Shown here in pieces: positions 63,983 through 64,000 of a stretch of DNA of 64,000 bases. Numbering within the stretch: position 1 is the first letter of the stretch; each line of letters begins with the position of its first letter. The position numbers and the translations under genes were made by a program. The notes beneath the pieces were generated by a model, which did no database searches, was not told the origin of the DNA, and saw only the letters and a program-made list of their open reading frames with translations. This DNA comes from an uncultured Pirellulaceae bacterium. GTDB taxonomy: Bacteria > Planctomycetota > Planctomycetia > Pirellulales > Pirellulaceae. The stretch lies in contig CAZXLW010000005.1 in the NCBI GenBank assembly GCA_964641465.1, positions 49,081-113,080 on the forward strand, written 5' to 3'.

Positions 63983-64000
63983 TCGTCGGCGTAGGTCTCC

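Noticed and set aside
1-64000. A whole-window look for tRNA/rRNA genes, CRISPR arrays, transposases, integrases, phage genes and toxin-antitoxin pairs.
   Set aside because: None was found by eye. There are no T-loop GGTTCGAATCC-type motifs in intergenic regions, no regularly spaced 25-40-bp repeats, and no DDE, tyrosine-recombinase or serine-recombinase-like ORFs. A tRNAscan/Infernal/ISfinder run would be needed to be definitive.

Overview
This is a gene-dense chromosomal segment with about 40 credible CDS. By gene content it looks like a Planctomycetota (Pirellulales-type) genome. Supporting content: a PVC-type CxxCH heme-binding/HEAT giant protein, a Cys-type sulfatase, very large multidomain Ser/Thr kinases, BlaI/BlaR1-like pairs, and signal-peptide-bearing ExbB homologues. 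I found no rRNA, tRNA, CRISPR array, transposase or integrase by eye. Recognisable housekeeping genes are dinB, purE, mtnA, ndk, korA/korB, mdh, a class-I aminotransferase and an adjacent type IIA topoisomerase A/B pair. Between them lie lineage-specific envelope and signalling genes. Seven things are most worth a second look. (1) Two paralogous five-gene modules (2669-8071 and 52423-58705) each combine one ExbB, two ExbD, a ~350-aa membrane-anchored TPR protein and an 830-1030-aa secreted helical-repeat protein. Neither has a recognisable TonB or outer-membrane receptor. The second module faces a divergent operon of two tandem paralogous bitopic membrane proteins. (2) A translationally coupled BlaI/BlaR1 pair whose M56 sensor carries a ~1900-aa predicted extracytoplasmic region made largely of ankyrin repeats. 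(3) A 616-aa pentapeptide-repeat protein with a P-loop-like N-terminus lies directly upstream of the topoisomerase genes, and both topoisomerase subunits carry Lys/Ser-rich N-terminal tails. (4) An FHA-domain kinase homologue has lost the catalytic HRD Asp, the DFG Gly and the alpha-C Glu. (5) An AAA+ ATPase locus is split by a single in-frame TGA. (6) A 540-bp ORF-free intergenic region is packed with 22-23-bp tandem repeats, and it shares a 19-mer with another intergenic region 44 kb away. (7) Paired palindromes lie upstream of blaI. All functional statements are from manual reading of translated motifs. No database search was run.
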